Positions 10,901 through 19,183 of a stretch of 64,000 bases of DNA are shown here, piece by piece. The stretch comes from a virus. The notes under the pieces were generated by a model. It was not told where the DNA came from and did not search any database. It was given only the letters and a program-made list of their open reading frames with translations. Both the position numbers and the translations under genes were made by a program. The stretch lies in IMG/VR virus record IMGVR_UViG_3300032799_000664, positions 32,001-96,000 of that record; one strand, written 5' to 3'. Position 1 is the first letter of the stretch. Every line of letters begins with the position of its first letter.

Positions 10901-11917
10901 GCTGCGAAGCGTGAAGGCATCGATGAAGAAGTAGCGGCGAAGCAGTGGGACAAGGGTGGACGAGAAGTAGTGATGGGCCGCCTGGCAACCGAAGGCGGTG
11001 CTGAAGCACGCGGTGCTTTGACTACGACGCAAGAAGCATCCACCGGTAAACAAGCGCGCAACCTCGAAGAAGCCCAGAAGCAAGCAGAAGAGCAGGCCGA
11101 GACGACGCGCAAGTTCCTCGGTGAAACCGGCACGGCCACGGCTACAGGTGGCATGTTGGGTATGCTGGCCGGTGGTCCACTGGGAGCAGTCGCTGGTGCA
11201 GCGATTGGTCGCGCGACTCGAGTCTCTGCCAAAGGCGTGAAGGGCTTCGAAGAGTTCGCTATCCGTGTCGACGATGACAACCTCATGTTGCTGGCCGCGG
11301 CGCAAGCGCTCGACGATAAAGGCGGCGACGAAGAGTCAGTCACCGCAATTCGCGACGCGGTGAAAGCGCGCGTAGCCAGCAAGCCCGGTGAGTACACCCG
11401 CCTGTTGAAAGAAGCGCGGAAACCCGGGAACCGGCCTGGTGATCCAGACATCCAGCAAGCCTTGCGGCAGTACGGCAAGACGATGGCCAAGCTCGGTGGT
11501 GAAGAACAGCTTGCGGCCACGCGCAAAGTACGCGCCGGTAGTCGCGAAACTCGCGAAGCCGTGGCGCTGCACCGCGGTGCTGCTGCGATTGCAGCTGAAA
11601 CTGGATCGACTACCGAAGCTGTGTTGGAAGAAGCGCAAACCGACAAGACGGCACGGCAGAAGCTCATTCGGCGCGGCTTCGAAGCCGGTGGTGAAGGCAT
11701 TGGTGGCAAGGGTGCTGGTGGTGCGGGTGAACGAGCAGCGCGTGGCCAGGCTGAACGTCTGGAGAAATTTGGCGACGAAGCGGCCAAAGCCGCCGGACTC
11801 AGTGGTCGTGATGTCCAGAATTTCCGCGTCGCGACGGAAGCTCTGCTCAAGAGCACAGAGTACTTGAGTGCATCCGCAGTAGCCCATACAGTGGGTAGAG
11901 CGACTAGGGAGCCATGA
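7979..11917 (+). CDS. tape measure-like protein
   Basis: 1312 aa, Ala/Gly/Gln/Met-rich, with glycine-zipper stretches; between chaperone and baseplate genes. Confidence 0.7.
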   Translation: MADATQNLRDIISGFNSMAAQVGLLPTPGGAQGFGGPVSQAFQQTPTKHPGQVAQEMADQIRSQVQVAQQHSQVQNQFAADFSQRLQQIQQNYLPPQIAQYMAQTQGRGTPTMGMPGPGGIPSPIYQTPAAMAMYRPGLPANQLFAPGGLMQPQVPPAGFNAPMPAPFIPQPYMPLFPGGPQLGGMLPQIFGGQAPIGRFGEPWAREQMQQETMGNRAFAQAMAVTPTLAGTIPGALGGAALGARIGARGGLGGALIGGGIGLVGGGVGGAFAAEPLGLTRIGEAAIDPAVRQRAYGQQLEEMTRQFVVTGPQLHPLGRGLTQRAAVQTAGQMQRMVEGGEMSEFNMRDVMRITNIAGQRGMLDMAQSGEQISGQVRNIARAVRQFMMIVESPDVQQAMQSMASMRAMGLSIPETMVAARNAQMFSRMAGTTPQALMDTAGRHGGMMFQQAGLTAGLGAQAGMGAYGMARQAEAVGAYTPQQLALAGGRQGLAQTMMEGQAAMLNMRYPLMSMLTRGAKGELTIDQERMEALQSGRVSLSQQASGAATNISRLAQMGGVSQERVISEFTSRQRELADEMGRRLGPMGMQMMLIRQGMNVQREFGGNIGLGSALQQLGMGAQQARDLELMAGNRDVWRAAAQQVRADIPRMRQEEMERRQGVIDAGAAATRREMFRPVYEAGERLGRVGGGLNEMARGWRTDVASWWTGGERTATGAQVVRPSERLSIEDQGTQRALERGMMTDEGYSRARGAARGLRPTRGDTPLTVREEISSVYGGLKDVLPLAVGGGWGKAIATGVGVSLLPEASAAQQSNVAQWAKARGGTWGQVADYAPWAANMFAAGGRGNRWWMGGGISAAGSLIEEARGEPFADQLRREAEDVTKLGAGISKGVGMGATEMARAEQAQIEGLRAGARGGAGGGEVNVDTMTSIVQRMSGTIAARERLGKVQGLGAIIPFGGRAKTLGEDEAKRHFIAAAKREGIDEEVAAKQWDKGGREVVMGRLATEGGAEARGALTTTQEASTGKQARNLEEAQKQAEEQAETTRKFLGETGTATATGGMLGMLAGGPLGAVAGAAIGRATRVSAKGVKGFEEFAIRVDDDNLMLLAAAQALDDKGGDEESVTAIRDAVKARVASKPGEYTRLLKEARKPGNRPGDPDIQQALRQYGKTMAKLGGEEQLAATRKVRAGSRETREAVALHRGAAAIAAETGSTTEAVLEEAQTDKTARQKLIRRGFEAGGEGIGGKGAGGAGERAARGQAERLEKFGDEAAKAAGLSGRDVQNFRVATEALLKSTEYLSASAVAHTVGRATREP

Positions 11918-12123
11918 TGGCCACTTCGCCGCCTTCCCGCCAGCTCACGATGCCTACGCCGCGGAGCTTACTGCGGCTGGCCAACGACAACATCATGAAC
12001 AACTTGCGCCGGCGGCAAGACGCTGATCTGGCCTTGCCGTCGCTCTACAAGCTGGCGTTCGCTGTGGTCTACAACACCGGTGAGATGGCCATCGAGCTCG
12101 GCGACACGCCGCAGGAGCAGTAG
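11914..12123 (+). CDS. small hypothetical protein
   Basis: 69 aa, ATGA overlap with tape-measure stop. Confidence 0.55.
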   Translation: MMATSPPSRQLTMPTPRSLLRLANDNIMNNLRRRQDADLALPSLYKLAFAVVYNTGEMAIELGDTPQEQ

Positions 12124-12125
12124 GG

Positions 12126-13088
12126 ATGGGGCTTCCTGGCATCATCCCGGGTGGCGCTGACCTCGACGATTTCGCCGGGCTGCCCTACATCGACGAGAAC
12201 GGGCCACAGACTACCATCGGGGTTTTCTCGCAGTACCCCGGCGCCACGCCGAAGTACGCCATCAACAAGGGGCCACGCGACGCTGAGTACCGCGAGACGA
12301 TGGCACGGCTCTACATAGACATCGGCACCGCGCAAGAACGCCTCAACTTCGTCAAATCCTGCCCTGCGGAATCCCGCCAGCTGGCACAGGTTCTGTGTGG
12401 CGCAGCCAAAGGCGCCGCCGGCGGTACCGGTTTCATCGACTTCCTGTTGACGGATGTCCAAGAGTCCTTTCAGGAGAAAGTGCAAGTCATCGAGTCCCTC
12501 AGCGACAACTTCGTCGTCTACACCTTCGGGCAGAGAGCCCCAACGTTCTCCTACAGCGGTGTTCTCCTCAACACCTACCAGGACGACCAGCGCGTCTGGA
12601 TGTTGCGGATGTATCGCGACATCTTGCGCAGCACCCAACTGGCGCGACGACGCAAGTTGGCGCGGCTACGCTACGACAGCGTCATCGTCTCGGGCATCTT
12701 CACAATGCACAACCAGGGGCTGAGTGCACAGACTCAGACGATGGCATCGTTCCAGTTCCAATTCATCCCGATGCAGTACGTCATCTACACGCCGGCGGCA
12801 GGTACCCCGACGAAGTTGAAGACACCATTCACTGACGGTGGTCCCTACGGCTTGGCGTCGGCTGCGACGCCGGACACCAGCAAGTTGCAAGTCGCAGCAC
12901 CTGCGCCAGAGAAACCAGCGGCTCAGCCAGCTGCGACGCCCACAGCACCGACGCCGATGACGCCACCGACACCGCCGCCGAGTACCCCCAAGCAAGAGTT
13001 GAATCAGCGAACGCAACCGCCACTGAACCCCAGCACGACGATGGCGCCGCCATCTGTACGTGGTGGCAACCCGATGCGCAGGATGTGA
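12126..13088 (+). CDS. putative tail tube initiator/baseplate hub protein with Pro/Thr-rich C-terminus
   Basis: FLLTDVQESFQEKVQVIESL...FGQRA..FSYSGVLLN pattern; position after tape measure. Confidence 0.5.
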   Translation: MGLPGIIPGGADLDDFAGLPYIDENGPQTTIGVFSQYPGATPKYAINKGPRDAEYRETMARLYIDIGTAQERLNFVKSCPAESRQLAQVLCGAAKGAAGGTGFIDFLLTDVQESFQEKVQVIESLSDNFVVYTFGQRAPTFSYSGVLLNTYQDDQRVWMLRMYRDILRSTQLARRRKLARLRYDSVIVSGIFTMHNQGLSAQTQTMASFQFQFIPMQYVIYTPAAGTPTKLKTPFTDGGPYGLASAATPDTSKLQVAAPAPEKPAAQPAATPTAPTPMTPPTPPPSTPKQELNQRTQPPLNPSTTMAPPSVRGGNPMRRM

Positions 13089-13091
13089 CGC

Positions 13092-13859
13092 GTGCCTGCA
13101 GTCGTTTCTGACTACGATCCAGTACCTGACCACTCAGTGGCGCCGACACAGGCAGTCAAGTTTACGCTGACCGGTGCGCCGCTCTTGTCGGCCGTGCTCA
13201 TCAGCGTCAACGACGTCATTATCTATCTCGACGAAGCAGCTCGCAGCGGTTACACCGTCACGCGGACGAGCTTGGGCGGTAGCAGCTATCGGTACGAAAT
13301 CTTGCCACCGGTGGCTTGGCCTTACGACGCGCAGTTGAACGTCAACGTCTTCAGCGATGCGGCGACGCGCTGGACCCTGTGGGTCGACGAAGACCCGACG
13401 TGTTTCGTTGGTCCCCTCAACAGCTTCGAACAGTCCCTGCTACTGCCCTACGATCACTGTGACTCAACGCTGCGTAGCACTGATCAGCTCCGTACCCTGT
13501 TGCTCGATCTGGCCATCGATCGACCCCAGGTGAATCGCGCAGTACGCTGGTTGTTCCTGCGCGCGCACAGCAACGACCTGGCGCCGGTGTTGCGCACACT
13601 GGTACCAACGCCCACGACCAGCGAAGCTACCGTTCGCCTGTGCCGGCAACGGTCGAACCTCGTCGTCGATACGACTTTACGAGGTAAAGCCGGTCTGTTG
13701 CGGGCGGTCATCGGGGAGCTGCAAACGCTGGGGTTGCCGACGATGCACGCTGATCTACTTCACCGCTACAACATCGATGATCCCAACCTGCGAGTACCGA
13801 TGAGCTGCCTGGCCGTCTGTCTCGCGAAAGTGCTCGAGACCGGCGTGCTCGCGGGGTAG
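13092..13859 (+). CDS. hypothetical virion protein
   Basis: 255 aa ORF in the tail operon. Confidence 0.6.
   Translation: MPAVVSDYDPVPDHSVAPTQAVKFTLTGAPLLSAVLISVNDVIIYLDEAARSGYTVTRTSLGGSSYRYEILPPVAWPYDAQLNVNVFSDAATRWTLWVDEDPTCFVGPLNSFEQSLLLPYDHCDSTLRSTDQLRTLLLDLAIDRPQVNRAVRWLFLRAHSNDLAPVLRTLVPTPTTSEATVRLCRQRSNLVVDTTLRGKAGLLRAVIGELQTLGLPTMHADLLHRYNIDDPNLRVPMSCLAVCLAKVLETGVLAG
13675..13689. promoter_or_regulatory. palindrome CTTTAC-GAG-GTAAAG (site 2, intragenic)
   Basis: perfect match about 180 bp upstream of the 13869 gene. Confidence 0.55.
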
Positions 13860-13868
13860 GCTAGGACC

Positions 13869-16811
13869 ATGGCGGCCTTCCCCGGTCAAGAGAAGTACGA
13901 CCCGCTCACCTACCGCAGTGGCAAGTCGGCGGGCATCCGCACCGTCTTCTCCAGCAACATGCCACACCGGGCACCGTTGCTCTTCTACATCGCAGGCATC
14001 GAGATCCCCATCACCTCAGCCACGGTGAGCTACGGCGTTTGGAAGATCCCCGAGTGTCGCGTCACGCTCTTCCCTGATCCACTTCTGCAACGTCTGGGCG
14101 CTGAAGACCGCGTCCCGGTCGTGCTCTTCTACCTGGACGAGTACCTCGAGCCGGAGAGGCCCACCTGGCGCATGCTTTTCGAAGGCGAGATCGTCGGTTG
14201 GGGCTACAGCAATACGGCGTTGGGTCGCAGCATCGTCATCGACTGCGTGGCTGACATCGCGCTCTACACGCAATTGTTCCTCTACTACATGAGCACCGTG
14301 GCCGGCATCGTCGAAGGTGTGCAGGAGACCGGTAAAGACGGGTCGCTGATCACACAAGCGGTGGCCACCTTTCCCTACGCGCTCTTCTGTCGGGGGCTGC
14401 TCCCGGAAGTCGGCAACGACAAGACGGCACAGGAACAGATCGTCACGCGACCCTACGACCTGATCTACAATTTCATTCGCGCACTGACGTCACCGAAGAT
14501 CCCCGACAAACTGCGATCGCTGCCAGCGATCAATTTCTTCGTACGTTGGATTCGCCGCAACCAGTTCCACAACAAGTTCGTGGCACTGCCCTTCCTCGAA
14601 GAGGTCTGTGACACCGTCGGTAACCAAACGCCGACGCCCAAGGCAGTACAGCCAGTGGGTCTGGCGCCTATCCTGCGGGCCGTGCGTTCGAACTTCGCCG
14701 TCAAAGCGCTGCGTGATCAGATGGCGGCCGAGGCCTCCAAGGTCGCCATCTTCGGGATGATCAAGCAGATCCTCGACATCATGCAGCTGGAGTTGGCCAT
14801 GTTACCGACGCCGGCCTACGTCAAGACCGGCCTGAACGGAGAAATCCTAGGTCCCGGCCCGACCCCGAAGAACTTCTTAGGACAACAGCTCACGGGCGCC
14901 GCCGCCGCACAAGCCGCTAACTCGAAGGCGCAAGGTTTACCCAGTACCTTCTCGACACCGTACTTCATGACGCCCATGGAACCCGGGCGCTTGACCAACT
15001 ACTTCGTCAAGCCGCAATGTCTCTTCTCGCTGGCCCCGGTGTGCAACGTTATCTTCCCCTCGATGGTGCACCAGCTCTCCTATCAGGAGAACTATGCGAC
15101 TCAACCGACGCGCCTCTACGTCGAAGACAACGAGCTGGCCGGCGTCGCGGGTGGGACCGACAAGCCGGAGAGTCTGTTGGTCAATGCAGTGACCGTCGGC
15201 TACCCCCCGGCGATCGACAAGCGCTTGCAGGCGCGCATCGTCAAGGACCCGTTCCTGACGGGGAAGAACATCCTGCTCTATCCCGAGGAGTTCTTCAAAG
15301 GACCAGTCACCTCAGTGGCAGCGGCGCCACCGTGGCTCTTCTACTTCCAAGCCCAGATCCAGAACGAGCCTCTTGGTCCCGAGGGCTTAGGGGCACCTGA
15401 TTCAAAAACCGTGTCACCGCCGAAGGGCGAGCTGTCCCTCACCGAGAAGGATCTCTACCGGTTGTACGCCCAGCACGAGTACTTCCGGCAGCGCTATGAG
15501 AAGCGGGGCGGCGTCATCGAGATCAGTGGCTTCGATCCCTACCCCGTTCCCGGATTCCCGTTGGTGGCGTTCGACGATTTCCAGTCACGACTGCATCTCG
15601 TCGGCTACCTCATGGCGGTCACTCACGCCATCTCCGCTGGGTCAGCGGCAACCTCGCTAAGCTTCAGTTACGGTCGCACGATCTACGAATTCCTGACGGA
15701 CGTCGCCAACGAGATGGATCAACCACAGAATCCAGACCGTAAGAATCTCGCCACAGCGGCTGCGCCACCAGAACCGATTCCGGAGATCCGCGACATTCTG
15801 CAACACGAGTGGCGCGCCGATCAATTCTACCAGCGGTTGCTGTGGCGGCGTACGGAGAGTAGCGCCGAAGGTTCGCGAGCCCAGCCCGCGCCCCGCGCCT
15901 ACCCTTCGGTGTGCCGCATCCGTGACTTGCTGGCATTCGTCAAGCCGGACGGCACCATCGAGCCCATCAAGATCGAGGGTACGAACGAAGAGACGTTGCG
16001 AGAGCAACGGGCCGCGCTGACTACTCAGAAAGCGGCACTGGCGCCGTTGAACAACGATGTGACGTTGGAAGCTCTGGCTCGAGCACGCACCGGTAGCTTG
16101 CAACTCGATCCAGAGAGCATCAAGAAGTCGTTCTCCGAGCTGCGCGGTCCGCTGAATGCGTTGGATCAGATCGAGAAGATAGCTGCGTCCCTGTACCGTC
16201 CAGCACTGGGTCAAGCTGTCACTGACCTCTACGAAGCGTCGTCACAAGGCTTCTTGAGTCTCAAAGACGCTGTGAAGACGCTGATGGCCGAAGTTGATGC
16301 CGCTATCGCAGCTCCACCGGTGACATCCCACAACCTGGCGGGCGCCGCGCAACGCGAGCTCACCCCTACGCCTGGCCTCGAGCCCCTCTTCGACAGTTTC
16401 GATGCCGGGATGAACTACGGTTCACGTCCCATCTGCACGCTGGACGAGTACGTCTCTTTCATCGGCGGCGTGCGTGAAGGCGCTAACGACGAATTCGCGT
16501 ACCAGAACGGCGGTGAAATTCCTTCGGCGCGCTACTACACTCGCATCCGCTACCTCAAAGGAGCAACGCCGGCCGATGTCGCTACGGCTGCGCAGCAGAA
16601 CCTGCCCCCGGATAGCCCCGCAACCCCCATGGGTGGTGCCGGAACCTCCTCGCAAACCGGCGAGAAGGTCCCGCCGGCGGGGGCGGTAGTCAAGAACGAG
16701 ACCGCGGGCGAAGGCGTGCCTCTAACGTTCCCAATGCTCCGAGCGCAGTGGGACGGCATCCTCCTGGCCCATCGAGCGAAGATCTACTCCACGTACAAGC
16801 TCTCCCGCTGA
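13869..16811 (+). CDS. large baseplate hub-like virion protein
   Basis: 980 aa; N-terminal FYIAGIEIPI..LFEGEIVG and later PVPGFP..GYLMAVTH patterns resemble hub proteins; context. Confidence 0.5.
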   Translation: MAAFPGQEKYDPLTYRSGKSAGIRTVFSSNMPHRAPLLFYIAGIEIPITSATVSYGVWKIPECRVTLFPDPLLQRLGAEDRVPVVLFYLDEYLEPERPTWRMLFEGEIVGWGYSNTALGRSIVIDCVADIALYTQLFLYYMSTVAGIVEGVQETGKDGSLITQAVATFPYALFCRGLLPEVGNDKTAQEQIVTRPYDLIYNFIRALTSPKIPDKLRSLPAINFFVRWIRRNQFHNKFVALPFLEEVCDTVGNQTPTPKAVQPVGLAPILRAVRSNFAVKALRDQMAAEASKVAIFGMIKQILDIMQLELAMLPTPAYVKTGLNGEILGPGPTPKNFLGQQLTGAAAAQAANSKAQGLPSTFSTPYFMTPMEPGRLTNYFVKPQCLFSLAPVCNVIFPSMVHQLSYQENYATQPTRLYVEDNELAGVAGGTDKPESLLVNAVTVGYPPAIDKRLQARIVKDPFLTGKNILLYPEEFFKGPVTSVAAAPPWLFYFQAQIQNEPLGPEGLGAPDSKTVSPPKGELSLTEKDLYRLYAQHEYFRQRYEKRGGVIEISGFDPYPVPGFPLVAFDDFQSRLHLVGYLMAVTHAISAGSAATSLSFSYGRTIYEFLTDVANEMDQPQNPDRKNLATAAAPPEPIPEIRDILQHEWRADQFYQRLLWRRTESSAEGSRAQPAPRAYPSVCRIRDLLAFVKPDGTIEPIKIEGTNEETLREQRAALTTQKAALAPLNNDVTLEALARARTGSLQLDPESIKKSFSELRGPLNALDQIEKIAASLYRPALGQAVTDLYEASSQGFLSLKDAVKTLMAEVDAAIAAPPVTSHNLAGAAQRELTPTPGLEPLFDSFDAGMNYGSRPICTLDEYVSFIGGVREGANDEFAYQNGGEIPSARYYTRIRYLKGATPADVATAAQQNLPPDSPATPMGGAGTSSQTGEKVPPAGAVVKNETAGEGVPLTFPMLRAQWDGILLAHRAKIYSTYKLSR

Positions 16812-16837
16812 CCCTCCAGTTGCAGTAAACTCGGAGC

Positions 16838-17551
16838 ATGGACCTCGGCGAAGTGGGCGGCCGCAAGGCCGAAGACCTGCGCCTGTGGAAGCAGTGGCAG
16901 AAGACCAAGTCAGGCAGCGATCTGCAGGCCCTGCTGAACCAATTGCAGCCGCTCATTGGTCAGCAAGTAGGGCGCTGGTCGGGGATGCTCTCGCGCGACC
17001 TACTGGAGACCCACGCCAAAGTGCTCGCTGTTGATGCGCTCCAGGACTACAACCCACGCATGGGTACGGCGCTGGCGACCCACGTCACCAACCGCCTGCA
17101 GAAGCTGTCACGCCTGACCTACAGCCACGCCCAGGCGGCGCGCCTGCCCGAGCACAAGGCGATCGGCATGGTGAGCTTCCACGCCGCGCAGGGACGCCTG
17201 AAGGACGAGCTCGGCCGAGAACCGACGGCGTCCGAACTCTCTGATCATCTGGGCTGGCCGGAACAGCGCATCACAGAATTTCAGCGTGCCTATGGTCGCC
17301 GAGAGTTGCTCGCTTCTGGCGAGTTCAACCCAGCCACTTTTCCGGTCGCTGACACACAGAATCCACTGGTCGGCTTCGTGTACCACGACATGTCGCCGCA
17401 CCAGCAGCGCCTCTTCGAACACATCACCGGCTATGGCGGCAAGGATGTCCTCTCGAACCAGGAGATCATGAAGAAGTTCGATCTCACACAAGGGCAGTTG
17501 TCGTATCAGAAGCGCAAGCTACTGACGCTCTTCCAGCAAGCCCAGCATTAA
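16838..17551 (+). CDS. sigma-70 family RNA polymerase sigma factor (FliA/SigF-like)
   Basis: ALQDYNP..GTALATH (region 2), LKDELGREPTASELSDHLG (region 3), C-terminal HTH. Confidence 0.8.
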   Translation: MDLGEVGGRKAEDLRLWKQWQKTKSGSDLQALLNQLQPLIGQQVGRWSGMLSRDLLETHAKVLAVDALQDYNPRMGTALATHVTNRLQKLSRLTYSHAQAARLPEHKAIGMVSFHAAQGRLKDELGREPTASELSDHLGWPEQRITEFQRAYGRRELLASGEFNPATFPVADTQNPLVGFVYHDMSPHQQRLFEHITGYGGKDVLSNQEIMKKFDLTQGQLSYQKRKLLTLFQQAQH

Positions 17552-17557
17552 CGAACG

Positions 17558-18721
17558 ATGCCTAGTCAGCCACCACCGGTTCCGTATCAGAACACCGCGC
17601 CGTCAGCGACGACGGCGGTGCAGCAGTACGCGCAGGAGTACCAGAACTACTTTCTGCAGAACCAAACGGCTTACCGCAACATCGTGCTTTCAGCCGACAG
17701 CAAGGCCAATCAGCACACGTGGAAGTTGGCGCAGGTTATGGCACGGGCCATCGAGAGGTACCGTGGCGTGATTCCGTTTGGTTCGCTCATGGCGCGTTGT
17801 CGACGCGAGAGTGGCTTTGACCCCGGGGTCACCGAGAAAGCGCGCTACTCGCAGGGTGAATACGGCGTTGGTCCCTGGGGCATTACGGGTGCGTGGGATA
17901 CCGGCGGCAAACCGTACGGCCTCACCAAGGCTCAAGCCTACGAGCCGAATGCGTCGACCAAAGCAGTCGTCCAACAGATGGTGCCTATTCACGAGTTCAT
18001 CATCACCGTGGCACCTGCGACGAAGCAAGACTTGGTGTTCTACTCGTGGATGCTCTTCTGTAACCACGCTTCGGGACCGGGATACTACGAAGCTGCACGG
18101 CAGTACGTAAAGACCAACGTTGAACCACGGGTACCGCGGAAGAAAGTGATGGTACTAGTTTCTGCAACCCCGGGCCTCGGTGGCAATGTTGCTCGTTGCT
18201 GGAAACGGTTCAACAAGATCACGCTGCAAGGCATGATGGCAACTGCCTGGATGGCCGCCTATGGCTACAGGCTTCCGATTGATCCTGCGACTGGCGAGAA
18301 GACCAAGTACACCATCTACTCTTCTCAGGACGGTGCTTGGCGTTTGATGGTTGGCGCGTTGGATGCTTGCGTCTGGGAACGGCGACGTGATGCTGTCCTC
18401 GCGGGTAAGGTACTGGTCTCTGAAACCCGAGCGATGCTTGCGCAGGCCATCGCGCAAGTGAACAACAGTGGTCAGGGTGCGATCCTCGAAGCTTTCAAAG
18501 CACATGGTGCTGGCTGGTCACGTGCCAATGATGCGGTTCAAGAGACCCGCCAGGACAAGTTCAAAGGTGCCGCACAAGCTGGGGTCGACGTCAAGAATCA
18601 GCAGATGCAGCAGAACGCCAACACCATTCGGCTAGCCAACGCCGCGGAACTCACTGGTCTCCTCGCCCCTGGGGGGACTATCATGGTCTACAACGAAAAG
18701 TCAGGCCTCTGGGAGCCGTGA
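17558..18721 (+). CDS. putative virion-associated lysozyme-like hydrolase
   Basis: RRESGFDPG...YGVGPWG resembles SLT/lysozyme motifs; next to baseplate wedge gene. Confidence 0.4.
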   Translation: MPSQPPPVPYQNTAPSATTAVQQYAQEYQNYFLQNQTAYRNIVLSADSKANQHTWKLAQVMARAIERYRGVIPFGSLMARCRRESGFDPGVTEKARYSQGEYGVGPWGITGAWDTGGKPYGLTKAQAYEPNASTKAVVQQMVPIHEFIITVAPATKQDLVFYSWMLFCNHASGPGYYEAARQYVKTNVEPRVPRKKVMVLVSATPGLGGNVARCWKRFNKITLQGMMATAWMAAYGYRLPIDPATGEKTKYTIYSSQDGAWRLMVGALDACVWERRRDAVLAGKVLVSETRAMLAQAIAQVNNSGQGAILEAFKAHGAGWSRANDAVQETRQDKFKGAAQAGVDVKNQQMQQNANTIRLANAAELTGLLAPGGTIMVYNEKSGLWEP

Positions 18722-19174
18722 GTGGCGATGGCGACCTACGACATCTACCTGCAGGGGAAGACCGAAGAGCACATGACGGGCTTCTCGTCGTTGGTCTTCG
18801 GATTCAACCGTACGATCGCGGTGCGGGGTCCCTACAAGCTGGTGATACAGTGGCTGAAGCGCTTCCTCACAACGAAGGGCAGTGACCCGCTGCGTCCTGA
18901 TGATGGCACCACTTTCCCCAGCCTCATCGGGGCCAACGTCACTTCGATGACCGACGTACGCGACGTCGTCATGCTCTCGATCCAGGACTGCAACGAACAG
19001 ATCTTCGCCGTCCAGCAACTGGCGCCGCCGGATCTCGACGAACAGCTGCTCACGGCGACGCTGGACCGATTCGAAGCAAATGGCGCAGACGGCTTCGATG
19101 CGTGGGTGCGCATCAGCAACGCCGCCGGCCAAGAAATGGTGATCCGGTTGCCGGATCTGGCCGACGCCGCCTAG
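18722..19174 (+). CDS. baseplate wedge protein (gp25-like)
   Basis: KLVIQWLKRFLTTKGSDPLRPDDGT pattern; 150 aa; precedes baseplate J-like gene. Confidence 0.65.
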   Translation: MAMATYDIYLQGKTEEHMTGFSSLVFGFNRTIAVRGPYKLVIQWLKRFLTTKGSDPLRPDDGTTFPSLIGANVTSMTDVRDVVMLSIQDCNEQIFAVQQLAPPDLDEQLLTATLDRFEANGADGFDAWVRISNAAGQEMVIRLPDLADAA

Positions 19175-19183
19175 AGGACCCCC

